Positions 1-9,508 of a stretch of 64,000 bases of DNA are shown here, one piece after another (the stretch's first letter is position 1; each line of letters begins with the position of its first letter). Origin of the DNA: Giardia intestinalis (Eukaryota); assembly GCA_000002435.2 (NCBI GenBank), contig CM018792.1; one strand, 5' to 3'. Both the position numbers and the translations under genes were made by a program. Below the pieces are notes generated by a model. It did not search any database, had not been told where the DNA came from, and was given only the letters and a program-made list of their open reading frames with translations.

Positions 1-824
1 CTAAGATACGATGTGAATCCACGTTGAGAGGAGTCAATACAGTCCTTTTCTAGTTCAAACAGTAGCTCTGCTACATCCTTCGCACCATGGATGATGGCAT
101 AGAACAGTGCACATTTATCTCCGTCATCAGGATTGGTCAGTTTGGCACAGTCTGAGATGTGGTCCTGGACGTACTGCACATCGTTTGTGGCAGCCGCATA
201 GAACCACGGATGTGTTGCTCTGAAAGACGGATCCTCTACCATGGCCCGTTGCTCAAGAAACGATGTGACCAAGTTGATACAATCTGTCTGGGCATCTGTC
301 AACTCACGATCACATGTACACTCCTGGACTATGACTGTTGTGAGACTAGAACACTCTGATGGGAGGAGCAGTTGCACAGATTCTTTGTGGCCGGACATCA
401 TCGCCATGGCCAGGGCATTACAACCTTTAGGAAAGTCTGAAACGGGCTCCTTCAGTGTGGCGTTGAGCTCTCCTTCGTAGGAGAAGAGAGTTTTTATAAT
501 GGTGGTGAAGCCATGAAGAGATGCCCGCATCAGGCCGGTGATGCCACGATAGTCTGAGAGACCTGCCTCAAGAGGAGCTAGCTCCTGGACAATAGGCTGA
601 TGACCAGAATCGCACGCAAACATTAGCGCCGTCCAGTGCGTGTCGCAGTAGATTCGCGCCTCATGACCCTTTAATACGCCCACCACTTCACGGCATCCGT
701 AGCGGGCCGCGATCATCAGCGCAGTATAGCCCCCGCTTGTGGTCCGTGAACCCTTCATCTGGCGACAGTAGGCCTTGATGTATGAAATGTCACCTGTCCT
801 GGCCGCCCTGAACCACTGATCCAT
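1..824 (-). CDS. Ankyrin-repeat protein (Giardia 'protein 21.1'-like); C-terminus runs off the window
   Basis: Minus-strand ORF with ATG at 824 (an in-frame stop lies immediately upstream), open to position 1. Translation MDQWFRAARTGDISYIKAYCRQMKGSRTTSGGYTALMIAARYGCREVVGVL...GDKCALFYAIIHGAKDVAELL shows repeated TALM/AA..G ankyrin units. Not in the ORF track because no stop occurs in-window. Confidence 0.75.
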   Translation of the reverse strand, partial: MDQWFRAARTGDISYIKAYCRQMKGSRTTSGGYTALMIAARYGCREVVGVLKGHEARIYCDTHWTALMFACDSGHQPIVQELAPLEAGLSDYRGITGLMRASLHGFTTIIKTLFSYEGELNATLKEPVSDFPKGCNALAMAMMSGHKESVQLLLPSECSSLTTVIVQECTCDRELTDAQTDCINLVTSFLEQRAMVEDPSFRATHPWFYAAATNDVQYVQDHISDCAKLTNPDDGDKCALFYAIIHGAKDVAELLFELEKDCIDSSQRGFTSYL

Positions 825-878
825 GACCGAGAATCTGGATTTTTGTTGACGGCAGATTATAAAAAACCACTAATTTAA

Positions 879-1850
879 ATGATCATTGCAAATGGCCAAT
901 ATATCTGTAAGATCGAGCCGACTGGGATTAAATACTTCTCCACAGCACAGCCCAACACTTTAGAGGTGAACACAGCCTTCACCATAACCGCAGCCACCCT
1001 TCCGGCTGATAGCAGCGTGTTATATTTTAGCGATGGGGAATTTCTATATACTTTCGATATGGGGCATGAAAATGACAATATTCGGAGAATCACTATTCCG
1101 AAAACGGGTTCTATTAAGCAACTATATTCTGCGGTCAATAGCATTTGTGCCCTCTTAGTGCTCCTCACTGAAGTTGAGCTGCTTCTTGTCACAGACAGAA
1201 ATGGTGTAGTGCACACCATACGGCATGCGCTAGAGCATCCTCCCCCCTTTTATGCCATGGACTTGTCATCGCTGGCACATCTATTCACAGATCCTCCTGG
1301 GATGATGAAATTAGAGTCATCCTCGCCTGCAAACTTCTTCCTGAGTATTGCGTTGCGCAACCTACAAAGTGTTGAGTACCGGTTTGCTGTCTCCATAGTA
1401 GATAACGCAAGTCTTTCAATCAACATTGCATCTACCAGTACTCTTATCCCTAGGGTTCCTCAGCCCATCTTATTCTTTAAGTATTTCGGTCGTCAGACCG
1501 TTTTTGTGACCACAGGGACGCTCTATCTCATTTCTCAAACAGACTACCTTGCTATACCTATAGATCAATCCTTAGCCAAGTCAATCTGCAACGCTAAGAT
1601 TTATTCATTGCTTTCATCTACCTCTGCCACTGGCAACACACCGGCCTTCCACGGAAATATCAGCTGTATTGTTCTTCTCTTCTGCAAGGACACTAACTGT
1701 CACGTTGTCAACCTAGAGACCAGGGCTGTGAAGGAGATCCTTGACACCAACGGTGCAAAACACGCATATGAGAATAATGGAAGCTTCTTTTTCGTGTCTG
1801 AAGATGTTCGGAAAGAGCTACGATTGACAGAACTGACCAAGTACTTCTAA
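879..1850 (+). CDS. Hypothetical protein (323 aa), no recognisable domain
   Basis: ATG at 879 preceded by AT-rich aaaaaaccactaatttaaATG. Long ORF in a compact genome context. The 114-aa antisense ORF at 875..1219 is considered spurious. Confidence 0.6.
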   Translation: MIIANGQYICKIEPTGIKYFSTAQPNTLEVNTAFTITAATLPADSSVLYFSDGEFLYTFDMGHENDNIRRITIPKTGSIKQLYSAVNSICALLVLLTEVELLLVTDRNGVVHTIRHALEHPPPFYAMDLSSLAHLFTDPPGMMKLESSSPANFFLSIALRNLQSVEYRFAVSIVDNASLSINIASTSTLIPRVPQPILFFKYFGRQTVFVTTGTLYLISQTDYLAIPIDQSLAKSICNAKIYSLLSSTSATGNTPAFHGNISCIVLLFCKDTNCHVVNLETRAVKEILDTNGAKHAYENNGSFFFVSEDVRKELRLTELTKYF

Positions 1851-1892
1851 ACCACCCACTGCCTACCTTCCTACTCTCTTACCTCTTATCTC

Positions 1893-3731
1893 TTATCTCT
1901 TTCCGACAACACGAGCCTGTCCACCCCAGTTGTCAGATGACTCTTGATATTGATCACCACCGCCTCTGTTATGGGACGACTCGTCGTACCAGCTGCTATC
2001 CTCCTTGCGGCGGACGCCTCCATGCTCGCCATCTGTGAATGAAGCGTTGATTGTAGAGTCCTTGTCAAGGAATCTTCCCGATGTCGACATCTCGTGCACA
2101 GTGGCTGTGTACTCGCTGGAGCGATCGTAGCTGCTCTCGCTGTTCGATCCATCATCCCCTTGTTCAGCCTGCTCATCTGTCCCATCATCCTCATTGTTAT
2201 CTTGCTCGATGTCTATCTTCGCCAGCATCGAGTACTTGATTATGTACTGCACTAAGAGCACTATTCCGAGCGTTGCCCCACAAAAATCACCAATGGGGTA
2301 GGCCAGAGTGAAGTCGGCCTGGTCACCTATAACAAGTGCCATGACCATCAACGAAAGAAGTGCTGGAATGGTGCGGGACAGCTGCATTATTATGGCCAGC
2401 AGGACCTTGCCTTCCAGTTGGGAGGTCGTGCTCACGATGTGGTAGGGTCCCATAAGTGGCGGTGTAATGAAGGCCCACTTGGTGATTGGTTTTATGGCCT
2501 CAAGGAAGGCATTGGACCAGTCTGGTTCAGTGGCGTAGCGTGGCTGAATCCCCTCTGTCAGATGATCAGAGACAGAGAGCAATGTGAAGGAAACGACGGA
2601 TGGAAGAACGCACATGTACACTAGTGTCAATATTATTGACTGTTTCGCCCTACGAAAACGCTTGATAGCCAGGTTGAACCCAATGATCTGAGCAAAGCCC
2701 TGAACTAATGAATTAGAAAGAAGTGAGGCAAGAGCATAGAATCGTGTGTACAAAGAATATCCGACGCGCTTATAGATTAGAACCTCCTGGTCTGAATAGA
2801 AGTACCCATAGAGAAGATTCATTATTATTACAACAAGTTGCATCTGAGCCAGGAAGAACCACTGCGGAATTGCAAAGAGCAGTATCCTCCATATTATTTT
2901 AATGTTGATGGGAAACAGGCGCCGGAGACTAAAGTGCAAACACCCCTTCAAGGGGATCATAAGGCAAGACTTGTGGAAGAAGACTACGATCATCCAGATG
3001 GCTATAACAAGATTGGTTGCTAGATATGCAATAGCTAGATAGTATAAAGTGCTCGGCGTTCCCACTGGATTGTACATAGATGAAATGTAAAGCAACATGA
3101 ATGTGAAAAAGAGCTGGAGAAGTGCAGAAAGCAATCCTCGCATAGTATGGATGCAATTACGATTTTCCACCCTCAAAAATGGCTGAATGGATGCGGAAAA
3201 GGCCGTTAAAATCGGTCCACCGATGAACATCCACAAGTAGTACACGTAGCCAAATGCATCTTCGGATCTTTTGAAGACAGAGAGGAACGAGCTTAGGTGT
3301 TTGTATGGAGATGCAAAACAAATTGGCACAAGGATTCCCCAGATGAAGATGATAAAGAAGAAGTGCGAAAGATATATGTTGGCCACGTTCGCATGTCCCT
3401 GTGCAAGAGCTCGTGATACAAATGTTGATGTCGCTGTTGCAAATGCATATGGCGCATACGTGTTTAGCATGAGTTCGAGCGGTTGGTACACGGAATGAAG
3501 TGCAACCGCACTGAACCCGGAGTAGTAAAATAGTAGAGTGTACTCTGCCAGGCCTCCAAGAGCACCCAGCGTGTTGACTATGATGGAGGGAGTGCTTGTC
3601 TTCCAGATGAGAGTATTAATGCTGTCAGTGGATAAACGTTGTATTGAGAGGTCCACAGCCAGGGCCTCCACGGATCCACCAGAGCCGTCCGATTGGGCAT
3701 CAAATTTATCATCGATCATTAGCGGCGGCAT
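1893..3731 (-). CDS. Polytopic integral membrane protein (>=10 hydrophobic helices) with acidic Ser/Asp-rich C-terminal tail; family unresolved (possibly a MOP/flippase-like transporter)
   Basis: ATG at 3731. 612 aa with many ~20-residue hydrophobic segments (e.g. FFFIIFIWGILVPICF, LLFAIPQWFFLAQMQLVVIIMNLLYGYF). C-terminal ~110 aa are D/E/S-rich. Confidence 0.8.
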   Translation of the reverse strand: MPPLMIDDKFDAQSDGSGGSVEALAVDLSIQRLSTDSINTLIWKTSTPSIIVNTLGALGGLAEYTLLFYYSGFSAVALHSVYQPLELMLNTYAPYAFATATSTFVSRALAQGHANVANIYLSHFFFIIFIWGILVPICFASPYKHLSSFLSVFKRSEDAFGYVYYLWMFIGGPILTAFSASIQPFLRVENRNCIHTMRGLLSALLQLFFTFMLLYISSMYNPVGTPSTLYYLAIAYLATNLVIAIWMIVVFFHKSCLMIPLKGCLHFSLRRLFPINIKIIWRILLFAIPQWFFLAQMQLVVIIMNLLYGYFYSDQEVLIYKRVGYSLYTRFYALASLLSNSLVQGFAQIIGFNLAIKRFRRAKQSIILTLVYMCVLPSVVSFTLLSVSDHLTEGIQPRYATEPDWSNAFLEAIKPITKWAFITPPLMGPYHIVSTTSQLEGKVLLAIIMQLSRTIPALLSLMVMALVIGDQADFTLAYPIGDFCGATLGIVLLVQYIIKYSMLAKIDIEQDNNEDDGTDEQAEQGDDGSNSESSYDRSSEYTATVHEMSTSGRFLDKDSTINASFTDGEHGGVRRKEDSSWYDESSHNRGGGDQYQESSDNWGGQARVVGKR

Positions 3732-3803
3732 TCAGACAAGATGCTCTAGGTAAAATATTATAAACAAAAGAAACTCTACTTCGAGCCTCCAGCTTTTCAA
3801 ACC

Positions 3804-6800
3804 ATGCCCAGGCCTCTTGTAGCAGCCGATACCATCGATTCCATTATGAGGCTGGAGCACGAGGAGACGCGGCTGCGACTCTTAGAGCTGGCGAAGCTGT
3901 CCTCAGATTCAAAGAAACTGACGCCCATTGACGAGGTAATTTCCACTCTACAGGCAATTGCGCCTGATGAGCTTGCATCTAAGACATCTATGCAGACACT
4001 TTCTGAAATCCTTAGTAGCATTTATGCCACCCCCAATCAAGATATTGCAGAGATGATAGTCCAACACGGAGCCAGCCCAAAAAGTGAGCCGACAAAAGTG
4101 AGCACCCAGCTACGCAGAAAGAATACAAGCAGAGCTGCCGAACTGCAACATTCCCTTGCGGCACACTCTGCATACTTGCAGTCGCAGCAGCATGAAGCCA
4201 GAAAGCCCATATCTCCTGAGCAGACGGAAAAGAAGGTCAAGCATCTTAAAAATACAGTAGCTAACGAGAACAAAGACACTACGGAGAACCAAGGCAAGGT
4301 GAGAAGGAGAAGCCGCATTAAGCTGGAATTAAAGGACGGTGCCACTGCTCCATCTGTCGAGCCCTCAATAAAGCGCAAGCATGTCCCCAAGAAGCAGGCC
4401 AGGCTCGAGACTCTGCAGTCCGTTTCTCATCTCGCTGTCCTCTTCAATGTTCTCACGAAGGAGGATGCTACAGCAGTGCCGCACGTATACATGCCGAATC
4501 TCTGGTTAGGATGCCTACAGAGTATCTCTTATGAGTCGTTTTTGTCCTTAGAAAAGCTTTTGAGCCGTAGCGAGTTCCTTTCAGTATTTGGTCTAGTTCT
4601 AGAAGCACAGTCTGCTGATAGCCAGATCCCTGCCTCTCTTGTAACCAAGCGTACATCGTCTGTGCTGCCACCTGAACAGCCAAAGAACGATATTGACATG
4701 CGAGCGAGTCTGGCGTCACTCCTATCGACATCATCAGAGTATCGCGCAACTGGCATGGTTTGCCCACTTTCTGGAAAGTCACGGACAACTGGGCAGTCAG
4801 CAGTGTCACTGCCCACTCCCAGTTCTTTTCAAGTCAGGAAGGACCCAGTGATCCACTTACTGACTCAATTATTGTTAGCTACCAGTGGAATCTCTTTAAC
4901 TATGCCGTCTCAGGCCCCAGATGACTCCCCAACTTCCATTTCAGAGTTTACTTTGATGAAAGAGGTCTTAGAGTACTCTTTGTACTATCAAAACGCTTAC
5001 TTTTTCGAACAATCTACTTTACACTCTAAGCAGCGGTTCAATAACGCAATGGACTGGGCCTCTACTTTAGTGCAAACAGCAAAGCCCTCTAATAATGCAG
5101 AGATACAATCCTTGCTCAGCTCTCTTGCACCCCATATTAAGCCATCCACACACGACATCAGCAGAGGAGAATTGCTTTCATATATCTACATTAGCCTATC
5201 ACTGAGGCGTTGGCTCAACATTCAGCAGTCTTCTAGTCCGTCCAGGCCTCTCTCAAACCTGCAACGCGTCATTATAGCAAAACTTAAACTTCCAAATCCA
5301 CTCCCTGCTGCGCACAACTTGGATAGTGATTCGCGACTCTTATTCTTCAGTAAGCGAATAGTGAGCCAGGCGTTGCTTAATCTTTACTATAACTCCTCCT
5401 CCACGGTAGTTGCACAACAAGAACAACCCTACGCTCGCTTGACAAAGTATCTGCTCCCCATGGGTATCCCACCTGTTCGGTTGGTGCTTCTTGACGAACC
5501 ACTGTGCGGCCCCGTTTTTGATCCATATGAAAAATATTTCCTAATGTCTGTGCACCATCCTGAACTTCAGTTTCTTGTTGCTCCTCCTCGATATCTTGAC
5601 CAACCCGCCTTCATGCAGAGCCCTGGCATCAGTGCACCTCATCTCGGGCCAACAAGGATTGCACCACGACTAGCTCTAAAAATAGAACAGAAATCTGGTT
5701 GCACTAACTTGGTTCTCGATGAAGCAATTGATCCGGGAACATGTATCATGGATGTAGTTGGGTGCTACTTACCGATTGAGGAAGCACACCGCATCCTTTG
5801 CTATCTTGTCGAAGAGGGGTTGCGCTCGGGTCACTCCTATTCAGCTGTATGGAACGAGGTTATTCGCTATTCTTCTCACTGTATTTATCTCGAAGGGCTT
5901 CGGGTAATTATTGACATGAACTGCTGCTCGTCACTATCTGTCTATATTCAATTTGATGAACCTGATAATAAGCAGGAGGCTGCAAACTGTGAGCTGGGCT
6001 TGTGCTATTCTCTAGACTACGTTATTTGTAGATTGTACAGTACCGTTGCTATCACGTCAGGATCGTCTATCCGTCTTCCACTTAAATATCAATGGCTAAA
6101 CAGAGAAGTACCTACAGAGATAACTGGCTGCACTGCAGACGATATTCGCAGAGAGTTGATATCGAAGCATATAAAGGGTTGTGAAGACTTTATAACCGAC
6201 CCCTTGGATAGCATTCTCGCAATACCTGCATACGATCCCTTCTCCGGAGGCTATTCCTTACTATCCTATCCTGGGCCCTATCTCTCACTCATCAAGGAAA
6301 TTATCGCTGTTATGATGTCTGTATCATACAGAGAGGCGTCGAAGTTCACGTCTGCAGACTACCTTTCTTTTCTAGAGGCCTACCGCATTGGGCTTCGTAG
6401 TCCCGGACCAGGATATACTAATACGTTACCTAAGAGTGCTCAAGCGCGGGTAACTCTTCAGCGAAACATTGAGCTTGCTCAGCGGCTAGTACTCTCGATC
6501 ATGATGGAGACGAAGAACTTGAACTTGTTCCTTGCACTGGACCGGGATAACTTATTAGATAAGCAGCTAATTGATACTGACACCCTAATTCCGGTTATAG
6601 CACAGAAGTTCAAAGATTGCTACCTATACAGTCACAGGTGCCGTCACGTGGCCAACGGTACTCCACCCGTTCCAGGAAGCTCATCTGCTGTGTTTCTCAA
6701 GCAGGCGATGGATAATAGATCAAATGCAGTCAAGCGTATTGGGACCGAATACAATCACTTCCTCCTCCTATACAGAATTGCATTTGCGGTACAGGCTATG

Positions 6801-7310
6801 GAGGATCTATTCTCGCACCCCATGATCAACGATGAGCTGTTCATACAAGCAGATACTCAAATATCCGCTCTCGGATACACAGAGTTGGAGCAGGAAGTAT
6901 CCCAAGAGCAGTCGTCGGACCAGGACGATGCCAAGCCAGCCCGTCTTGCCCTCACTGGAGCTCAGAAAAAAGAGCAAGCAGCAGAGCAAGTAACGATCGA
7001 ACCGTCAACTGATGCCTCTGTAGCACCTGCTCGAATCAATCTTAAGCTTAAGGAAGCCCCTGAGCAGGAGTCCAAGTCATCTTCTCCTAATATCACCTAT
7101 GATAAGCACACTTCTGAATGCCAAGCATTTTATATCCAGGAGCCTTACGCGCCATCTCCCAACCCGTACATTGATCTTAACACTATACGCCTTGTGTCAA
7201 CACTAGACTACCTTCTGGGTGAATCTGTTCCTGAGAAAAACCTAGCTTCAATGATAACAGAAGATGAGATGCGGCGGGGCCTCTCTAATGCCCTTGGATA
7301 TGGGTACTAA
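3804..7310 (+). CDS. Large hypothetical protein (1168 aa)
   Basis: ATG at 3804. Uninterrupted 3.5-kb ORF. An AGTGAAT poly(A)-signal-like heptamer lies 8 nt past the TAA stop (7318-7324), matching the Giardia AGTRAAY consensus. Confidence 0.85.
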   Translation: MPRPLVAADTIDSIMRLEHEETRLRLLELAKLSSDSKKLTPIDEVISTLQAIAPDELASKTSMQTLSEILSSIYATPNQDIAEMIVQHGASPKSEPTKVSTQLRRKNTSRAAELQHSLAAHSAYLQSQQHEARKPISPEQTEKKVKHLKNTVANENKDTTENQGKVRRRSRIKLELKDGATAPSVEPSIKRKHVPKKQARLETLQSVSHLAVLFNVLTKEDATAVPHVYMPNLWLGCLQSISYESFLSLEKLLSRSEFLSVFGLVLEAQSADSQIPASLVTKRTSSVLPPEQPKNDIDMRASLASLLSTSSEYRATGMVCPLSGKSRTTGQSAVSLPTPSSFQVRKDPVIHLLTQLLLATSGISLTMPSQAPDDSPTSISEFTLMKEVLEYSLYYQNAYFFEQSTLHSKQRFNNAMDWASTLVQTAKPSNNAEIQSLLSSLAPHIKPSTHDISRGELLSYIYISLSLRRWLNIQQSSSPSRPLSNLQRVIIAKLKLPNPLPAAHNLDSDSRLLFFSKRIVSQALLNLYYNSSSTVVAQQEQPYARLTKYLLPMGIPPVRLVLLDEPLCGPVFDPYEKYFLMSVHHPELQFLVAPPRYLDQPAFMQSPGISAPHLGPTRIAPRLALKIEQKSGCTNLVLDEAIDPGTCIMDVVGCYLPIEEAHRILCYLVEEGLRSGHSYSAVWNEVIRYSSHCIYLEGLRVIIDMNCCSSLSVYIQFDEPDNKQEAANCELGLCYSLDYVICRLYSTVAITSGSSIRLPLKYQWLNREVPTEITGCTADDIRRELISKHIKGCEDFITDPLDSILAIPAYDPFSGGYSLLSYPGPYLSLIKEIIAVMMSVSYREASKFTSADYLSFLEAYRIGLRSPGPGYTNTLPKSAQARVTLQRNIELAQRLVLSIMMETKNLNLFLALDRDNLLDKQLIDTDTLIPVIAQKFKDCYLYSHRCRHVANGTPPVPGSSSAVFLKQAMDNRSNAVKRIGTEYNHFLLLYRIAFAVQAMEDLFSHPMINDELFIQADTQISALGYTELEQEVSQEQSSDQDDAKPARLALTGAQKKEQAAEQVTIEPSTDASVAPARINLKLKEAPEQESKSSSPNITYDKHTSECQAFYIQEPYAPSPNPYIDLNTIRLVSTLDYLLGESVPEKNLASMITEDEMRRGLSNALGYGY

Positions 7311-7317
7311 GTTTATG

Positions 7318-7324
7318 AGTGAAT
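7318..7324 (+). promoter_or_regulatory. Putative polyadenylation signal AGTGAAT (Giardia AGTRAAY type) for the 3804..7310 gene
   Basis: Heptamer 8 nt downstream of the stop codon. The same motif class follows the VSP and HCMP stops in this window. Confidence 0.5.
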
Positions 7325-7693
7325 TATTTTCTAAAGATTGATGGAATTAGTTTTTTAGTTGGGGATTAGAAAGCATGATCACGGAGCAATCTGCAGCACA
7401 CAATCAAGGGTGATGGAGACTCTGTGAAAAGCATTGACATTCTCGAGATCTCATAAAGGAATGCTATTCTAGACAGAGTAGGGTACAGCAACAGTGACTA
7501 AGTAGCCACAAATCTCTCCTTTGTCTGTAGTGTTGTACTGGGACTCTTTTTCAACTCGAATTTTAGGGACACAGATGATACAGATCGAATGATGTGCAAG
7601 TACATAGCAAGGGTTGTTATTCAAGGATAAACGAACCCGATCCTTCTGATGCTTTCCTCTGATATTTTAACTGCTAATCGCTTAGAGTGTAAA

Positions 7694-8677
7694 ATGACTG
7701 ATTCTAAAGAAACTGCTGTTACGGCCTACAACTTGGTGGTATCATGCATTGGGCTCAAGCAGCTCCCAGAGCGAGCACACTACATGGCCGTCGCCCTATC
7801 TCTTCTATATATTTTGGACTCCCGGGGGCTCAGCAGCTTCTCGAACATCTGCAAGGATCATCCACAAATCTTCACCATCCTCGTTAATTCCATTCTTGAT
7901 TCAAAGAAATCTGGTTCCTTGGCCGTGCTTGCGCTGCGAGTTCTCTTCTTTGCGATAAATTGCCCCGAAACTGCACATATATTTTGCAAAGATAACTATC
8001 ACTTCCTTGAAAACCTCATCCACTTGTCAGAGAACCCACAGACAGATCCCAACATCGCTCAAATGCAAGTGGTTACGTTTAGCCCCACTGCACTTACTAA
8101 CACCAACCCTTCAGATGGGTCCCTACTCCTGACCCTGCAGGATCCTCTGCTGTCTGCAACCTTTGTAAGTACTCGATATACTCTGGACCCAGCCAGCTGC
8201 TGGGGCTGCGATATGCTGTCCGACGCTTCAGCGGCTATCATTGCGCATCTTGCACTCGTTAGCCCTCTCGCTCGGCGAATATTTATCCTGAGCCCCTGCA
8301 ACGGGCTGCTTGCTCACAGTCTCGCAAATGCGTCGTTTCTAGAGCTAGCTTCTCCGTCACGTCTCATTCACCTCCTGGACGCATTGTTCTACATGGGTAG
8401 CATGAGTGCTTCGCAGGAAGCAGCGGTACAATTTCAGGACTTTATTTGCAAACACAATCTAAAGAACATGGCCATCAAATTGGGCAATCTGATATTTCTT
8501 AATAACATACATTGGTATCTATTGTATCAACACACGGATGTACAAGTTAAAAAGGCTGGCTCTGGGATTTATAGCCTCGAGACCCGGCAAGTCATCTATG
8601 ACTCAGATGATCTTTTTTTGTTGAAGCAACAATTAATACGCTTCCTAAGATTGCTTTTTAAAATCGCCGACTACTAA
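7694..8677 (+). CDS. Hypothetical protein (327 aa from first ATG)
   Basis: The track ORF begins at 7649 with CTG. The first in-frame ATG is 7694 (gagtgtaaaATGactg, A-rich context). Protein MTDSKETAVTAYNLVV... is alpha-helical-looking with no recognisable motif. Confidence 0.65.
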   Translation: MTDSKETAVTAYNLVVSCIGLKQLPERAHYMAVALSLLYILDSRGLSSFSNICKDHPQIFTILVNSILDSKKSGSLAVLALRVLFFAINCPETAHIFCKDNYHFLENLIHLSENPQTDPNIAQMQVVTFSPTALTNTNPSDGSLLLTLQDPLLSATFVSTRYTLDPASCWGCDMLSDASAAIIAHLALVSPLARRIFILSPCNGLLAHSLANASFLELASPSRLIHLLDALFYMGSMSASQEAAVQFQDFICKHNLKNMAIKLGNLIFLNNIHWYLLYQHTDVQVKKAGSGIYSLETRQVIYDSDDLFLLKQQLIRFLRLLFKIADY

Positions 8678-8745
8678 GCTTTATTACTAAGTACTAAGCT
8701 TACGAAGGATCATTGGGTTCGTATGGTTAGCAGCATTGAAAACTC

Positions 8746-9153
8746 ATGGAAAAAATGAAACGAGTGGAGGTTGACCAGCACATTGAGGTATCGTTTGCAG
8801 ATCTTTTAGCAAAGAACCCCAAGTTGGACAAGCTCACTCTCTTTTCCTCTCTACAGGACCTAATCGCAGATTGTAACGAGAAGGTGGAGAAAAACTCTAT
8901 AACCGTTCGGCTTCTTGAAGACGAAGATGTATATGACATGAAAGATTTTAGCACGATTGCCGCCCTCAAACGGCATCGTCCTCCCGAAGAGCGCTGCCTC
9001 CACACGCGGGTCATGACGAAAGCAGGCATGCTTCGAGTTTCACTGGATGATGATTGTGCAACTCCGGCAGTCCAATCCATAATTATGGGCGAGATCCGGC
9101 GTCATCTTGACGAGTGTCTCGATGCTCTCACTGGCAAGGATACTAGCAAATAG
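8746..9153 (+). CDS. Small hypothetical protein (135 aa)
   Basis: ATG at 8746 in A-rich context (ttgaaaactcATGgaaaaaATG). Fits a 68-bp intergenic gap after the previous gene. Confidence 0.5.
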   Translation: MEKMKRVEVDQHIEVSFADLLAKNPKLDKLTLFSSLQDLIADCNEKVEKNSITVRLLEDEDVYDMKDFSTIAALKRHRPPEERCLHTRVMTKAGMLRVSLDDDCATPAVQSIIMGEIRRHLDECLDALTGKDTSK

Positions 9154-9197
9154 CCAACCAATTTACACCTCTAGATAGCTCTAAACAGCCGGACAAC

Positions 9198-9491
9198 TCA
9201 CATGTAGCGTGTACTATTTGCATCCATAGAGACTATTTGGTAGAAGGCAATAGAAAATAGAGTCAGTATGAGCATGACCATTGCTATAAATGGGACATTA
9301 TTCGGACTGTCCAGGCGTCGACGCTCTGCATTGCGGGCCATAGAGAGTAGGACTTCGTGATCATTGGACTCGACCTGCCGTGTGGCCTTCGTGAGAACGT
9401 CTATCGATATTTGCTTGGCAGCATCATCAAATGCGCTAATGTACTGGACGGACCCGTCCTTCACTGGCTCAGCGTGGCCATCCTTGGGCAT
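9198..9491 (-). CDS. Small tail-anchored membrane protein (97 aa); possibly SNARE-like
   Basis: ATG at 9491. Single C-terminal hydrophobic helix VPFIAMVMLILTLFSIAFYQIV preceded by a short charged helical region (VESNDHEVLLSMARNAERRRL). Only 17 bp separate it from the next gene. Confidence 0.5.
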   Translation of the reverse strand: MPKDGHAEPVKDGSVQYISAFDDAAKQISIDVLTKATRQVESNDHEVLLSMARNAERRRLDSPNNVPFIAMVMLILTLFSIAFYQIVSMDANSTRYM

Positions 9492-9508
9492 GGAATTTTG
9501 CTTTGAAT

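Noticed and set aside
875-1219. 114-aa minus-strand ORF overlapping the start of the 879..1850 gene
   Set aside because: Fully antisense to a longer ORF that has a good AT-rich initiator. No features. Likely spurious.
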